Shown: in pieces, positions 9,486-20,892 of the stretch
Layout: every line of letters begins with the position of its first letter
Position numbering within the stretch: position 1 is the stretch's first letter
Source: Pseudomonadota bacterium
Lineage (GTDB): Bacteria; Pseudomonadota; Gammaproteobacteria; Burkholderiales; REEB80
Length of the DNA stretch: 64,000 nt
Reading direction: 5' to 3'
Assembly: GCA_028873515.1 (NCBI GenBank)
Contig: JAGWIG010000003.1
Location: 64,092-128,091, forward strand
The notes under the pieces: model-generated
The model's database searches: none
What the model was told of the DNA's origin: nothing
What the model saw: the letters and a program-made list of their open reading frames with translations, nothing else
Position numbers and translations under genes: made by a program

Positions 9486-10603
9486 AGGGTCAAGACAAGA
9501 TTGTCACGATGGACAAGCTCGGGCTCATCAATATAGCCAAGAGTGGCTTCAATTTCTGAAGTGGGTTTTTGCATGATGCGAATGGTTTCCTCGTTACTGT
9601 AGTTTACGAGACCCCGTCCGATTTCTTTATTATCATCGGTAATGAGACTGACCATCTCGCCTCTGGCGAATTGTCCACTTACTGCCTTGACTCCGACAGG
9701 CAACAGGCTTTTGCCTTCAAGGGTGAGGGCTTTGATGGCTCCAGCATCTAAAGTGAGTGTGCCATGAGACTTTAGTCTCCCTGCTAGCCACTGTTTACGT
9801 GCATTTTTCCTGTTTCCGCTTGCCGTAATCTGGCTCCCAACAGATTCGCCCTGGATTAACCTGATCAGCACCTCAGGTTCACGCCCGGATACAATAAAGG
9901 TACAGGCCCCGCTCTGTGCCGCACGTTTTGCAGCGCGTACCTTAGTCAGCATTCCACCACTCCCGATATTGGATCCGGCTCCTCCTGCCATGTTTTCCAA
10001 ACGGGAATCTAATGCCGATATTTCATGAATGAAGATGGCGCTTTTATTGTGACGGGGATCGGAAGAGTACAGACCGGCTTGATCAGTCAGGATGATCAGC
10101 GCGTCGGCTTCAATCAGGTTTGTAACGAGTGCGGCAAGCGTGTCATTGTCACCAAAACGGATTTCATCTGTGACGACGGTATCATTTTCATTAATGATAG
10201 GAATAACATTCATTTCAAGAAGGGTGCGTAAGGTAGTTTTTGCATTGAGATAGCGCAGTCGGTTTGCTAGATCATCATGGGTCAAAAGTAGCTGGGCGGT
10301 ATGAAGGCCATGCCGTCGAAAGCAGGACTCATACACTTGAGCGAGGCCCATTTGTCCGACTGCTGCAGCTGCTTGAAGTTTGTGCAGGGATTTGGGGCGG
10401 GTTTTCCAGCCTAGTCGTTTCATTCCTTCTGCAATGGCCCCACTTGATACCAGAACAACTTCGTGTCCCATTTTATCCATATGGGCAATCTGTCTGGCCC
10501 AGTTGGCGATTGCTGGCTCGTCTAACCCATTTCCATCATTGGTGACAAGACTGCTCCCAACTTTTATGACAATCCTTCGTGCGGAAGCAATGAACGATTG
10601 CAT
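9482..10603 (-). CDS. proB: glutamate 5-kinase (with C-terminal PUA domain)
   Basis: [24 protein letters not shown] and a PUA-like C-terminus. The start at 10603 (MQSF...) has AAGGAA upstream. The alternative start is 10618. Confidence 0.92.
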   Translation of the reverse strand: MQSFIASARRIVIKVGSSLVTNDGNGLDEPAIANWARQIAHMDKMGHEVVLVSSGAIAEGMKRLGWKTRPKSLHKLQAAAAVGQMGLAQVYESCFRRHGLHTAQLLLTHDDLANRLRYLNAKTTLRTLLEMNVIPIINENDTVVTDEIRFGDNDTLAALVTNLIEADALIILTDQAGLYSSDPRHNKSAIFIHEISALDSRLENMAGGAGSNIGSGGMLTKVRAAKRAAQSGACTFIVSGREPEVLIRLIQGESVGSQITASGNRKNARKQWLAGRLKSHGTLTLDAGAIKALTLEGKSLLPVGVKAVSGQFARGEMVSLITDDNKEIGRGLVNYSNEETIRIMQKPTSEIEATLGYIDEPELVHRDNLVLTL

Positions 10604-10650
10604 TTGTTTCCTTTCCATGCTGTTTTCTGGAGATTATGCCGGATGGATGT

Positions 10651-11757
<1,107 letters not shown>

Positions 11758-11777
11758 TTAAGTGTTCAGAACGATTC

Positions 11778-12035
11778 CTATGCAGGAACGATACGAACAA
11801 ATTTATGTTTCATTGGGCCTTTGATCATGAACTCAACATGCCCGTCAACCTTAGCAAAAAGGGTATGATCTTTGCCCATGCCTACATTATCCCCTGCCCG
11901 GACAGGGGTGCCTCGCTGGCGTATGATGATGGAACCAGCGTTGACTTTCTCGCCGCCAAAGCGTTTTACACCCAGTCGTTTCGATTGTGAATCGCGGCCG
12001 TTTCTGGAACTGCCACCTGCTTTTTTATGTGCCAT
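11778..12035 (-). CDS. rpmA: 50S ribosomal protein L27
   Basis: [24 protein letters not shown]... Confidence 0.97.
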   Translation of the reverse strand: MAHKKAGGSSRNGRDSQSKRLGVKRFGGEKVNAGSIIIRQRGTPVRAGDNVGMGKDHTLFAKVDGHVEFMIKGPMKHKFVRIVPA

Positions 12036-12058
12036 GATTTGCTCCTTGACGCCGACTC

Positions 12059-12370
12059 TTAGGAATTAATGCTGTCGATATGGATTTGCGTATAGTTTTG
12101 GCGGTGTCCCTGATGTTTCTGGTAATGTTTACGACGACGCATCTTGAAGATACGGATTTTTTCACCACGACCATGAGCGACGACTGTTGCCTTGACTGTT
12201 GCGCCATTGACAAGTGGTGTCCCGACAGAAATTGTCTCACCATCAGCCACCATTAATACTTGATCCAGAACGATTTCGCTCCCGATGTCTGCCGGTATCT
12301 GTTCTATTTTAAGTTTTTCGCCAGATGCAACACGATATTGTTTGCCTCCGGTTTTTATGACCGCATACAT
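12059..12370 (-). CDS. rplU: 50S ribosomal protein L21
   Basis: [14 protein letters not shown]... ATG 12370 is preceded by GGAG. The ORF-track start at 12382 is an upstream TTG. Confidence 0.95.
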   Translation of the reverse strand: MYAVIKTGGKQYRVASGEKLKIEQIPADIGSEIVLDQVLMVADGETISVGTPLVNGATVKATVVAHGRGEKIRIFKMRRRKHYQKHQGHRQNYTQIHIDSINS

Positions 12371-12404
12371 TTTTGGCTCCAAGTGCTATTGCAAAAAGAG
12401 CATA

Positions 12405-12433
12405 ATTATAGCTGACATATCGAGTAGGGTCAA
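12405..12433 (-). promoter_or_regulatory. consensus sigma-70 promoter for rplU-rpmA (-35 TTGACC, 17 bp, -10 TATAAT)
   Basis: The minus strand reads TTGACC-N17-TATAAT, ~35 bp upstream of the rplU start. Confidence 0.6.
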
Positions 12434-12639
12434 AATCTTGTGATATCAAGATAAATCTTATCAGGTGATGCATAGAATTATCAATGCTGACGTTTCGTGA
12501 GCCGGGCCCGATTGGTTATAATAGGTTAAGATTTGCTACTGAACATCCAGCTTGTCACACAGAATAATGAGTGAGTATTTATCCTGGCGGGATTTTCCTT
12601 TCTGATAACGAATATCTGTACTTTAGGATTCATGACATT

Positions 12640-13605
12640 ATGACTATCCGGACGATATTGGGCTGCATTGATACGGATATGCATGCTGTTGATAAATTGA
12701 TTCGTGAGTCTTTGCATTCCGATGTCGTTCTGATCAGGCAGGTTGCCGAATACATCATACGCAACGGTGGAAAGCGATTGAGGCCCGCCCTCGTACTGCT
12801 TGCTGCAAGGGCCTGTGGTTATCAAGGAGAGATGCATCATAGTCTTGCCACCATTGTTGAGTTCATTCATACGGCAACACTTTTACACGATGATGTTGTT
12901 GATGAGTCTGAAATGCGGCGGGGTAAAGCTACAGCAAACTCTCTGTTTGGTAATGCTGCGAGCGTACTGGTTGGTGATTTTCTATATTCACGCGCGTTTC
13001 AGATGATAGTAGCAGCAGGTGAAGTAAAAGTCATGGAAGTGCTTGCAGAAACCACCAACATCATTGCCGAAGGGGAAGTGCTTCAGCTTTTGAACTGCCA
13101 CGATGCGGATTTGGATGAATCTCGTTATTTACAGGTTATCCAATACAAAACTGCAAAGCTTTTTTCTGCCTCTGCCCGTCTAGGGGCAATTGCTGCGGGG
13201 ACACTGCAGTACGAGAAGGCATTGAGTGACTATGGCACTTATCTGGGTGTCGCATTTCAACTGGTAGACGATGCGCTTGATTATTCAGGAGAGTCTGAAA
13301 AAACTGGTAAAAATGTAGGAGATGATCTTGCGGAAGGCAAGCCAACATTTCCTTTGCTTCATGCTATACGAAATGGTACACCCGAAGAAGTTACTGTCAT
13401 CAAAAGAACCATTGAAACCGGAGGGCTGGATGGCTTGCCAGCTGTGCTGGCTGCTATTGAAAGAACAGGGGCTATTAAACGTACTATTGCTGAAGCCCAT
13501 ATCCATGCAAAACGGGCTACCGATACAATCCTGAATTTGCCAGATTCAACTTTCAAAGATTCTTTGTTACAATTGGCTGAGTTTGCAGTAATACGTCAAC
13601 ATTGA
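12640..13605 (+). CDS. ispB: octaprenyl/polyprenyl diphosphate synthase
   Basis: GGKRLRP, the first DDxxD (LLHDDVVDES) and the second DDxxD (QLVDDALDY). The start was moved to ATG 12640 (MTIRTIL...). Confidence 0.9.
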   Translation: MTIRTILGCIDTDMHAVDKLIRESLHSDVVLIRQVAEYIIRNGGKRLRPALVLLAARACGYQGEMHHSLATIVEFIHTATLLHDDVVDESEMRRGKATANSLFGNAASVLVGDFLYSRAFQMIVAAGEVKVMEVLAETTNIIAEGEVLQLLNCHDADLDESRYLQVIQYKTAKLFSASARLGAIAAGTLQYEKALSDYGTYLGVAFQLVDDALDYSGESEKTGKNVGDDLAEGKPTFPLLHAIRNGTPEEVTVIKRTIETGGLDGLPAVLAAIERTGAIKRTIAEAHIHAKRATDTILNLPDSTFKDSLLQLAEFAVIRQH

Positions 13606-13646
13606 CCCGCTTGAGCTATTTTAGAGGCACGGCGGGTTTATCATTT

Positions 13647-13723
13647 CGGGGTATGGCGCAGTCTGGTAGCGCGCTTCGTTCGGGACGAAGAGGCCGCAGG
13701 TTCGAATCCTGCTACCCCGACCA
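13647..13723 (+). tRNA. tRNA-Pro (anticodon CGG)
   Basis: A 77-nt cloverleaf. The acceptor CGGGGTA/TACCCCG carries an encoded CCA, the anticodon stem CTTCG/CGAAG has loop TTCGGGA, and the T-arm is GGTTCGAATCC. Confidence 0.95.
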
Positions 13724-13756
13724 TATTTATGGCCCATACTGGACATATTGTACAGG

Positions 13757-14125
13757 TTATACTGAAATATCTTCGCCATTGTAGGTGCATCCGGCGGTAC
13801 AGGTTTCCCAGACCGTGATTTTTGAAAGCTGCGGCAATACCATCTTGAGGCGTTTCCAGATCCAGCGTGCCAGGTTTTCGCTAGTAGGATTCTCCAGGCC
13901 TTCGATTTCGTTGAGATAGTAGTGATCCAGTTGATCCAGGATGGGTTTTACAGCTGTTTTTATATTGGAAAAATCCATAACCCAGCCCTCCGGCTCAAGA
14001 ATCGGACCCTCAAGATGTACACAGAATCGATAGGTATGTCCATGCAATCGACTGCATTTGTGAGCGGCAGGCAGATTGGGCAGCATATGTGCCGCATCAA
14101 ATGAGAATTCCTTATGGATTTCCAT
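13757..14125 (-). CDS. queD: 6-carboxy-5,6,7,8-tetrahydropterin synthase
   Basis: 122 aa. FSFDAAH, CSRLHGHTY and a PTPS-fold C-terminus. Confidence 0.9.
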   Translation of the reverse strand: MEIHKEFSFDAAHMLPNLPAAHKCSRLHGHTYRFCVHLEGPILEPEGWVMDFSNIKTAVKPILDQLDHYYLNEIEGLENPTSENLARWIWKRLKMVLPQLSKITVWETCTAGCTYNGEDISV

Positions 14126-14282
14126 GATTTTAATACCAGAAAAGGTTGTTTCAGTTGTTGATTATACCTTAGCATGGTCATTCTTGCGACTTGCAGGACA
14201 TTGCGTCATGAGGTGAAAAGCATTACTCTGCTTTTCTGATGTAAAGTATTTAATTATTAAATAATGTTAACAGGTTACCCAT

Positions 14283-14513
14283 TTGCTTAGATTTATCGAA
14301 TTTATCATTGTGATATGGCTGGTTGGGCGGATAGTTAGACAGAAAAGCAATCGGATTCATGCCAGAGGGGCTTGTCCGGAAAGTTGGCAGGACGGATCTA
14401 TGCCTATGGTGCAATGCGCCTTGTGCAAGATTTATGTTCAGGCTTCGGAGAGTGTTGCCGGTTCGCTAGACAGATATTGCTGCGATGAGCACCGACGTCA
14501 GGCTGGAGACTGA
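14283..14513 (+). CDS. small Cys-rich membrane-anchored protein (resembles PP0621-family; name from memory)
   Basis: 76 aa with a TTG start and an N-terminal hydrophobic helix (FIEFIIVIWLVG). It carries CALC...YCCDEH Cys/His motifs. Its stop overlaps the kinase start (TGATG). Confidence 0.55.
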   Translation: MLRFIEFIIVIWLVGRIVRQKSNRIHARGACPESWQDGSMPMVQCALCKIYVQASESVAGSLDRYCCDEHRRQAGD

Positions 14514-16144
14514 TGTTTCGGTTCACTACAAGAATAGCGAGGGAAGGGATGGAAAAAGCCTATTCCCCGGTAATGATTTCCATGAATCCGGGTTCACAAT
14601 GGCATTTTCTACAGTATTTTAATTTATATCGCCTGGTGATTGCCATCATACTGGTTGTGATGTCGACCTTTTTTGGCTCAATTTTTACTTTTGGGCCACA
14701 GCAACCCGAACATTTTTTTTTAGTCAGCGATCTTTATCTTCTTTGTGGTGTGCTTTTAACCCTTGCTGCCAGTTCTCGTTGGCCAGCATACAGTATCCAG
14801 TTGCATCTCCAGATTCTGGTGGATCTTGCTTGCATCTTCTTGCTGATGGAAACAAGCGGGGGAATTTTATCCGGCATGGGTGTGCTCATGACTATTTCAT
14901 TGGCTGTTGCAGGCCTTTTGGGTAATGAGCGTTTCGCCATGTTTTATGCCGCACTTGCCACTCTCCTTGTGCTTGCAGGACAATTCTGGCAGATTCATGC
15001 TTATCATGCCGCAGTCGGGAGTCTTGTCTATACAGGGTTGTTCAGCTTAAGTTTTTTTGCCATAGCTGGCCTGGCAAGCATCCTTAGCCTTCGCCTTCGT
15101 GCAAGTGTATGGTTAACCCGTAAGCAGAGTGAAGATCTGGCTAGTCTTGCGGCAATAAATCAGCTGATTATTGAAGATATGCAGGATGGTGTGCTGGTAC
15201 TGGATGCAGAAAACAAAATTCGACAATGTAACAAACAGGCTGCACACTTCCTGGCTGTGATGCAGTCCCATTCCGGGAACCAGGGGGGCGAATGTCCCCA
15301 ATCATTAATTGAGCGTATTCAATTATGGCAGCAATCGCCTGAAGAAGTGGTTCCAGCGATGGCCTTGCCTGGTAATCAGCAGGTTCGTACCCGGTTTGTA
15401 CGTGCGGGTAATGGAGAGCAGCAGGTTGTAGTAGCCTATATTGATGATTTGACAAAACTGCAGGCACAGGCTCAGCAAATCAAGCTTGCCGCATTAGGTA
15501 GATTGACAATGAATATTGCTCACGAAATCCGTAACCCACTTAGTGCGATAAGTCATGCCGGAGAGTTGTTGGGAGAGGAAATGAGCGAACGTGAAGATTT
15601 GCAAAGACTGTTGCGGATTATTCATGCCAATACCCAACGCCTTGAAAAAATCGTCAAGGATGTGCTTTATTTGAATCGACATGATCGGGGTCAGCGTAAA
15701 ACGATATGGCTAATACATTGGTTAAAACATTTTAGTTCCGAATTCTGCCAGATAGAAAAAATTGACCCCGCGGGCATTACCCTGGAAATCAACGGTTCTC
15801 CGGTGTTGTGTTTTGATGAGAATCATCTACACCAGATTTTATGGAATTTATGCCAGAATGCCTGGCGTCATGGACGGGGAATGCAAGGAAGTGTCTGTCT
15901 GCGTGTATATAGGCAAGAAAGTCTTAATCAGGTACATATTGAGGTTCGTGACGATGGGGTGGGGGTGACAGAAGCGCAGGCTGCTCAACTGTTTGAACCT
16001 TTTTATACAACAGTTCCCACTGGTACAGGCCTTGGGCTTTATCTTGCAAGAGAAATAAGTGAGGCAAACGGTGCCACTTTACGTTATGTTGGAAATGAAC
16101 CTGGCGGTGTATTTCGCTTGAGTTCCAGGGAGGGTGCATGTTGA
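14513..16144 (+). CDS. PilS-like sensor histidine kinase
   Basis: Roughly six N-terminal TM helices, a PAS-like middle region, the H-box NIAHEIRNPLSAI, the N-box WNLCQNAW, and G-boxes RDDGVG and GTGLGL. Confidence 0.85.
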   Translation: MFRFTTRIAREGMEKAYSPVMISMNPGSQWHFLQYFNLYRLVIAIILVVMSTFFGSIFTFGPQQPEHFFLVSDLYLLCGVLLTLAASSRWPAYSIQLHLQILVDLACIFLLMETSGGILSGMGVLMTISLAVAGLLGNERFAMFYAALATLLVLAGQFWQIHAYHAAVGSLVYTGLFSLSFFAIAGLASILSLRLRASVWLTRKQSEDLASLAAINQLIIEDMQDGVLVLDAENKIRQCNKQAAHFLAVMQSHSGNQGGECPQSLIERIQLWQQSPEEVVPAMALPGNQQVRTRFVRAGNGEQQVVVAYIDDLTKLQAQAQQIKLAALGRLTMNIAHEIRNPLSAISHAGELLGEEMSEREDLQRLLRIIHANTQRLEKIVKDVLYLNRHDRGQRKTIWLIHWLKHFSSEFCQIEKIDPAGITLEINGSPVLCFDENHLHQILWNLCQNAWRHGRGMQGSVCLRVYRQESLNQVHIEVRDDGVGVTEAQAAQLFEPFYTTVPTGTGLGLYLAREISEANGATLRYVGNEPGGVFRLSSREGAC

Positions 16145-17481
16145 CGGGAGCTGAGAGTACAAAACCCTGTGCTCTTGTTGTTGATGATGAAGCCGATATT
16201 CGGGAACTGCTGGAGCTGACCTTGCTTCGCATGGGATTGAAGGCAGATGGCGCTGGAACTATTGCCGAGGCGCGTGAATTTCTATCTGCTCGAAATTATG
16301 CTATCTGTCTTACTGATATGCGATTGCCAGATGGAAGTGGGTTGGACCTGGTCCGTCATCTTTCCCGGCAGTATCCAGATACACCAGTAGCAGTGATTAC
16401 AGCCCATGGGAGTATGGAGAATGCTATCTCTGCACTTAAGGAGGGGGCTTTTGATTATCTTGCAAAACCGGTAAAGCTTGACCATCTGCGTTCTCTGATA
16501 AAAACGGCACTTAATCTTCCAGCGACAAGCGGTTTAATGGCCGAGCGTGATTTATTGGGAGAATCCGTATCCATAAAACACGCTCGAACCCTTATAGACA
16601 GGGTGGCGCGGAGTCAGGCGCCCGTTCATGTTACCGGGGAATCAGGAAGTGGTAAGGAACTGGCAGCACGCCTGATTCATTTTCAGGGAGCCCGTCGTGA
16701 TAAACCTTTCATAGCAGTCAACTGCGGGGCAATACCGGAAAATTTGATGGAAAGTGAATTTTTTGGATACCGAAAAGGTGCTTTTACGGGTGCCGAAAAT
16801 GATAGGGATGGGTTTTATCAGGTGGCAAATGGAGGGACGCTTTTTCTTGATGAAGTGGCAGATCTGCCCCTTTCCATGCAGGTAAAGCTGTTACGTGTCA
16901 TTCAGGAAAAAAGGGTTAGAAAAGTGGGTGCGACTCAGGAAGAGCCTGTTGATGTACGAATCATCAGCGCAACGAACCAGAAACTGAGCGAATGTGTTGA
17001 GCGACGCCTTTTCCGGCAGGATCTTTATTATCGACTGAATGTGATAGAAATCAGGATGCCCAGTTTGCGTGAAATGCCGGAGGATATCCCGATGCTGGCA
17101 AACAGGCTTCTTGAACGGCTTGCTGCCCAGTCCGCAGTGGTTCCACCCAAACTGACATCCGGGGCTTTGGGCGCACTTTGCCGATATGATTTTCCAGGTA
17201 ATGTGCGTGAGCTTGAGAACATTCTTGAAAGGGCCCTGGCGCTATCGAGTGGGGAAATTGTTGATATTGAGGATCTGCACCTGTTTACTGAGGATGAGCT
17301 TCCCCAGCACTTTGTTCCGGGAAGCAAATGGCCACTTCAGCCCTATCTTGATCAGGTTGAGCGAGATGCATTGCTTGCTGCGCTGGAATGCACCGGGCAG
17401 AATAAAACGGCGGCAGCGAGACTGTTGGGAATCACATTCCGATCACTGCGATACAGGCTTGAACGATTGGGTCTGGATTAA
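16138..17481 (+). CDS. sigma-54-dependent response regulator (PilR/NtrC family)
   Basis: A receiver domain (DDEADI...LTDMRLPD), an AAA+ domain ([14 protein letters not shown]) and a C-terminal Fis-type HTH ([17 protein letters not shown]). It overlaps the kinase stop by 7 nt. Confidence 0.9.
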   Translation: MLTGAESTKPCALVVDDEADIRELLELTLLRMGLKADGAGTIAEAREFLSARNYAICLTDMRLPDGSGLDLVRHLSRQYPDTPVAVITAHGSMENAISALKEGAFDYLAKPVKLDHLRSLIKTALNLPATSGLMAERDLLGESVSIKHARTLIDRVARSQAPVHVTGESGSGKELAARLIHFQGARRDKPFIAVNCGAIPENLMESEFFGYRKGAFTGAENDRDGFYQVANGGTLFLDEVADLPLSMQVKLLRVIQEKRVRKVGATQEEPVDVRIISATNQKLSECVERRLFRQDLYYRLNVIEIRMPSLREMPEDIPMLANRLLERLAAQSAVVPPKLTSGALGALCRYDFPGNVRELENILERALALSSGEIVDIEDLHLFTEDELPQHFVPGSKWPLQPYLDQVERDALLAALECTGQNKTAAARLLGITFRSLRYRLERLGLD

Positions 17482-19952
17482 CCTAAGGACACGGGTTGAA
17501 TATTCCAGACGAGTTTCGCATATTCACGAATTGCCCGATCGCTGCTGAAACGGCCCATGCGTGACATGTTCAGGATAGAGCGGATCGCCCATTCCTGGGG
17601 TTTTGAAAATAAATTGTCGACCTGGTTCTGACACTCAATATAGGAAGCATAGTCAGCCATGAGCAGATAAGGATCATTATTTGAAAACAGGTTGCCAACC
17701 AGGGGTTTATATCGGTCTGGATCCTGAGGGCAAAAGTAACCCGAATTAATCATTTCCAGAACCTCCCTGAGATCGTCGTTAGCCTGATAGTACTCATGGC
17801 AGGAATAACCTTGAAGACGTAGATCCTCGGCTTCAGATGCGTCCAGTCCGAAAATAAAGATATTTTCAGGTCCTACCGCCTCCTGTATTTCAATATTTGC
17901 TCCATCCAGAGTCCCGATAGTGAGCGCACCATTCAATGCCAGTTTCATGTTTCCGGTTCCAGAAGCTTCTGTCCCGGCTGTTGAAATCTGTTCGGAAAGA
18001 TCGGCCGCAGGAATGAGACTGAGTGCTATTGACACATCATAATTAGGAATGAACACGACTTTGAGCATATCCCGGGTACGGGTGTCATGATTAATGGTTG
18101 TGCCAACATCATGAATTAATCGGATGATAAGTTTTGCCATTACATAACTGGGTGCTGCTTTACCAGAAAAAATGACAGTTCTGGGTATATTGGAGACAAA
18201 ACCGTGCCGAAGGTGATTGTACCGGGTAATGACGTGGAGAAGATTTAGAAGCTGTCTCTTGTATTCGTGTATCCGTTTACATTGAACGTCAAACATTGAG
18301 TTGGGATCAATTGCTGCAGGAGTGTGATGGCGTAAAAGATTGATGAGCTGGAGTTTGTTTTTCCGTCGGATGTTCATGAATTCTTCACGAAAATCCATAT
18401 TTGTGGCAAGGGGTTCAATGGCATTGATTTTATCAAGATCTCTAATCCAGCCCTGGCCAATATGCTGACTGACCAGCTTGGCGAGGTGTGGATTTGCCTG
18501 ATTGAACCAAAGTCGTTGCGTTATCCCATTAGTGACATTGATGAATTTGTTAGGAAACAGGCGGTTTAAATCCGGGAAAACCCTTTCACGTAGTAAACTT
18601 GAATGAATTGCAGCGACCCCATTTACCTTGTGACTACCAACAATGGCAAGGTGAGCCATACGGACCCGTTTACCATTGTTCTCATCAATGAGGGACACCC
18701 GGTTCAATAAATCGAGATCACCCGGAAATAGATGCTGTACATGATCAAGGAATTTCCGGTTGATTTCATAAATGATTTGAAGGTGCCTTGGCAGCATCGA
18801 CTCAAATAACCTGACTTCCCAGGTTTCAAGTGCTTCAGGCATGAGAGTGTGGTTGGTATAGGAAAAAATCTTGCTGGTAATATCCCAGGCCACTTCCCAT
18901 TCCAGCCGATGGATATCGACAAGTATGCGCATAAGCTCTGCAATTCCCAAAGATGGGTGGGTGTCATTCAGCTGGATGGCAATCTTGTCAGGTAATAACC
19001 TTAAATCACTGAAAATTTTACTGAATCTATAGAGTATGTCCTGGATTGAGGCAGAAACAAAAAAATATTCCTGTTTCAGGCGCAATTCTCGACCCAAAGA
19101 GGTTTTGTCAGAGGGATAGAGTACCTTGGAAAGAAGTTCAGATTTGAATTTGTTTTCGACCGCACCAACATAATCCCCTTCATTAAACGGGTCCAGATTG
19201 AAATCCCTGGTTCCTTTTGCGGACCATAAACGCATGTTATTGACGGTTTCACCACCATATCCAGGAATAGGGGTGTCATAGGCCATCGCCAGTACATCTT
19301 CAGTGTCTACCCAGGACCAGCGATTAATTCCATGTTCATCCAGGTAATTGACACAGTTTCCGAAAAATCTGACCGGATAGAGTACTTCGGGACGTGGAAA
19401 CTCCCATGGGTTACCATAACGTAACCAGTTATCCGGGTGCTCAATCTGGCGACCATCATCAATTTTCTGGGTAAACATTCCGTATTCGTACCGGATGCCA
19501 TACCCATAACCTGGAATGGCCAAAGTTGCCATGGAATCAAGAAAACAGGCAGCAAGGCGTCCTAAGCCCCCATTACCAAGGGCTGCGTCTGGCTCGATAT
19601 TTGAAATTTGCTCGAGTTCCAGTCCAAGGCTTGTCAAAGCCTCATGGCAGGCTGTTTCAAGATTCAGGTTTAGTAGACTGTTAATCAGGGCACGCCCTGT
19701 AAGGAATTCCATGGAAAAGTAATAAATGCGCTTGACGTCTTGATGATAATATTGGCGCATGGTTTGCATCCATCGTTCGATAAGTTGCTCACGAACGCTA
19801 TAGGCAAGGCTGAAAAACCAGTCCCGGGTCGTTGCAGTCAGTGGATCTTTACCTACGGAATAAACAAGACGGGCAGCAAGGGAATGGCGTAATGTTTCAG
19901 CATCTAGCCCGGGCCGGGTAGATAACGTTTCTGGAGAAGTTGGTTTTGACAT
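17478..19952 (-). CDS. glgP: glycogen/maltodextrin phosphorylase
   Basis: The PLP-lysine region EASGTGNMKLALNGALTIGTLDGANIE, in a protein of ~824 aa. ATG 19952 is preceded by AGGGAG. The alternative start is 19967. Confidence 0.95.
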   Translation of the reverse strand: MSKPTSPETLSTRPGLDAETLRHSLAARLVYSVGKDPLTATTRDWFFSLAYSVREQLIERWMQTMRQYYHQDVKRIYYFSMEFLTGRALINSLLNLNLETACHEALTSLGLELEQISNIEPDAALGNGGLGRLAACFLDSMATLAIPGYGYGIRYEYGMFTQKIDDGRQIEHPDNWLRYGNPWEFPRPEVLYPVRFFGNCVNYLDEHGINRWSWVDTEDVLAMAYDTPIPGYGGETVNNMRLWSAKGTRDFNLDPFNEGDYVGAVENKFKSELLSKVLYPSDKTSLGRELRLKQEYFFVSASIQDILYRFSKIFSDLRLLPDKIAIQLNDTHPSLGIAELMRILVDIHRLEWEVAWDITSKIFSYTNHTLMPEALETWEVRLFESMLPRHLQIIYEINRKFLDHVQHLFPGDLDLLNRVSLIDENNGKRVRMAHLAIVGSHKVNGVAAIHSSLLRERVFPDLNRLFPNKFINVTNGITQRLWFNQANPHLAKLVSQHIGQGWIRDLDKINAIEPLATNMDFREEFMNIRRKNKLQLINLLRHHTPAAIDPNSMFDVQCKRIHEYKRQLLNLLHVITRYNHLRHGFVSNIPRTVIFSGKAAPSYVMAKLIIRLIHDVGTTINHDTRTRDMLKVVFIPNYDVSIALSLIPAADLSEQISTAGTEASGTGNMKLALNGALTIGTLDGANIEIQEAVGPENIFIFGLDASEAEDLRLQGYSCHEYYQANDDLREVLEMINSGYFCPQDPDRYKPLVGNLFSNNDPYLLMADYASYIECQNQVDNLFSKPQEWAIRSILNMSRMGRFSSDRAIREYAKLVWNIQPVSLG

Positions 19953-20151
19953 GGATGCTCCCTGCATGGCTTGTCAATCTAGCCTGATGATACCACGTGA
20001 ACAAAAGGTAAATGGAATTCAATTTCAATAAACAAGCTATTAGTCCTGTGATGAGGTTTCAAGAAAAGCCGGATTTGTTTATCATGTCTAACCAGGATCC
20101 CGGTTTTTTGATGCAGAATAAATAAATCCGGGACAGGTTAAAAGAATTGAT

Positions 20152-20180
20152 TTGATTATTAGTGATATTTTTTGTATAGT
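20152..20180 (+). promoter_or_regulatory. candidate cspA promoter (-35 TTGATT, 17 bp, -10 TATAGT) giving a ~150-nt leader
   Basis: The hexamers were read from the sequence. The spacing to ATG 20338 resembles the long cspA-type 5' UTR. Confidence 0.4.
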
Positions 20181-20337
20181 GGTGCGTGAAGAGTTAAGGT
20201 CGTGAGTGTGAATTTGTCAGTCGGTTGGTTGTCAGTACTTCAGTTCGCCATTTCCCTCCTTTGATTCTCAAAACTGTTCGGGCACACGGTTCGTTCGGTT
20301 TCTTTATGTTAGTGTTTTTATTAAAGGAGTATTTTGT

Positions 20338-20541
20338 ATGGCAACGGGTACAGTCAAATGGTTTAATGATGCCAAAGGTTTTGGTTTCATTACCCCCGAT
20401 AATGGTGGCAAGGATCTTTTTGCTCACTTCTCACAAATCCAGGCTGGTGGTTTTAAATCACTGCAGGAAGGTCAGAAAGTAACATTTGATGTTACAACTG
20501 GCCCTAAGGGTGAGCAGGCATCAAATATTCGTGGAGCTTGA
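20338..20541 (+). CDS. cspA: cold-shock protein CspA family
   Basis: [32 protein letters not shown] (RNP1/RNP2). AAGGAG lies upstream. Confidence 0.95.
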   Translation: MATGTVKWFNDAKGFGFITPDNGGKDLFAHFSQIQAGGFKSLQEGQKVTFDVTTGPKGEQASNIRGA

Positions 20542-20576
20542 TTTTTAGCTGACTGACAATTTTAAGGATTGTCTAA

Positions 20577-20606
20577 ACGGGCAGGTTTGTAACCTGCCCG
20601 TTTTAT
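20577..20606 (+). terminator. rho-independent terminator after cspA
   Basis: ACGGGCAGGTT-TGT-AACCTGCCCGT followed by a T-run. Confidence 0.75.
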
Positions 20607-20892
20607 TTGATGCGTCTGACAGTATGGTTATATGAAAGGGAAAACCTTTATTACCCGCTAGGGTTGGTTTGTCAGGAATGCGGGATTAAGGTTTCATTAT
20701 GATGGCTTTTAGATTTAATATACGTTACCCATTTGTAATGGTTGAATATTTTTTATTCCTGTTTTCCCATAATAATGGAATGCAGGTTAGGTTTGATGTA
20801 GGAGGATTTTGAAAGAAGGGGGCAGTTTCTCCTGATTTCCAGTTGGTTTTATATCCTGTTCAATGCCTGTATGTTTATTCCAAGGAGGAATC

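Noticed and set aside
13606-13756. tRNA-Pro (and likewise tRNA-Val at 56729), checked as possible integration hot spots for islands, integrases or direct repeats.
   Set aside because: Both tRNAs are flanked within ~10-110 bp on each side (33-41 bp for tRNA-Pro, 11 and 106 bp for tRNA-Val) by core genes (ispB/queD and lolD/thrS). I saw no integrase, no att-like duplicate of the tRNA 3' end and no accessory DNA.
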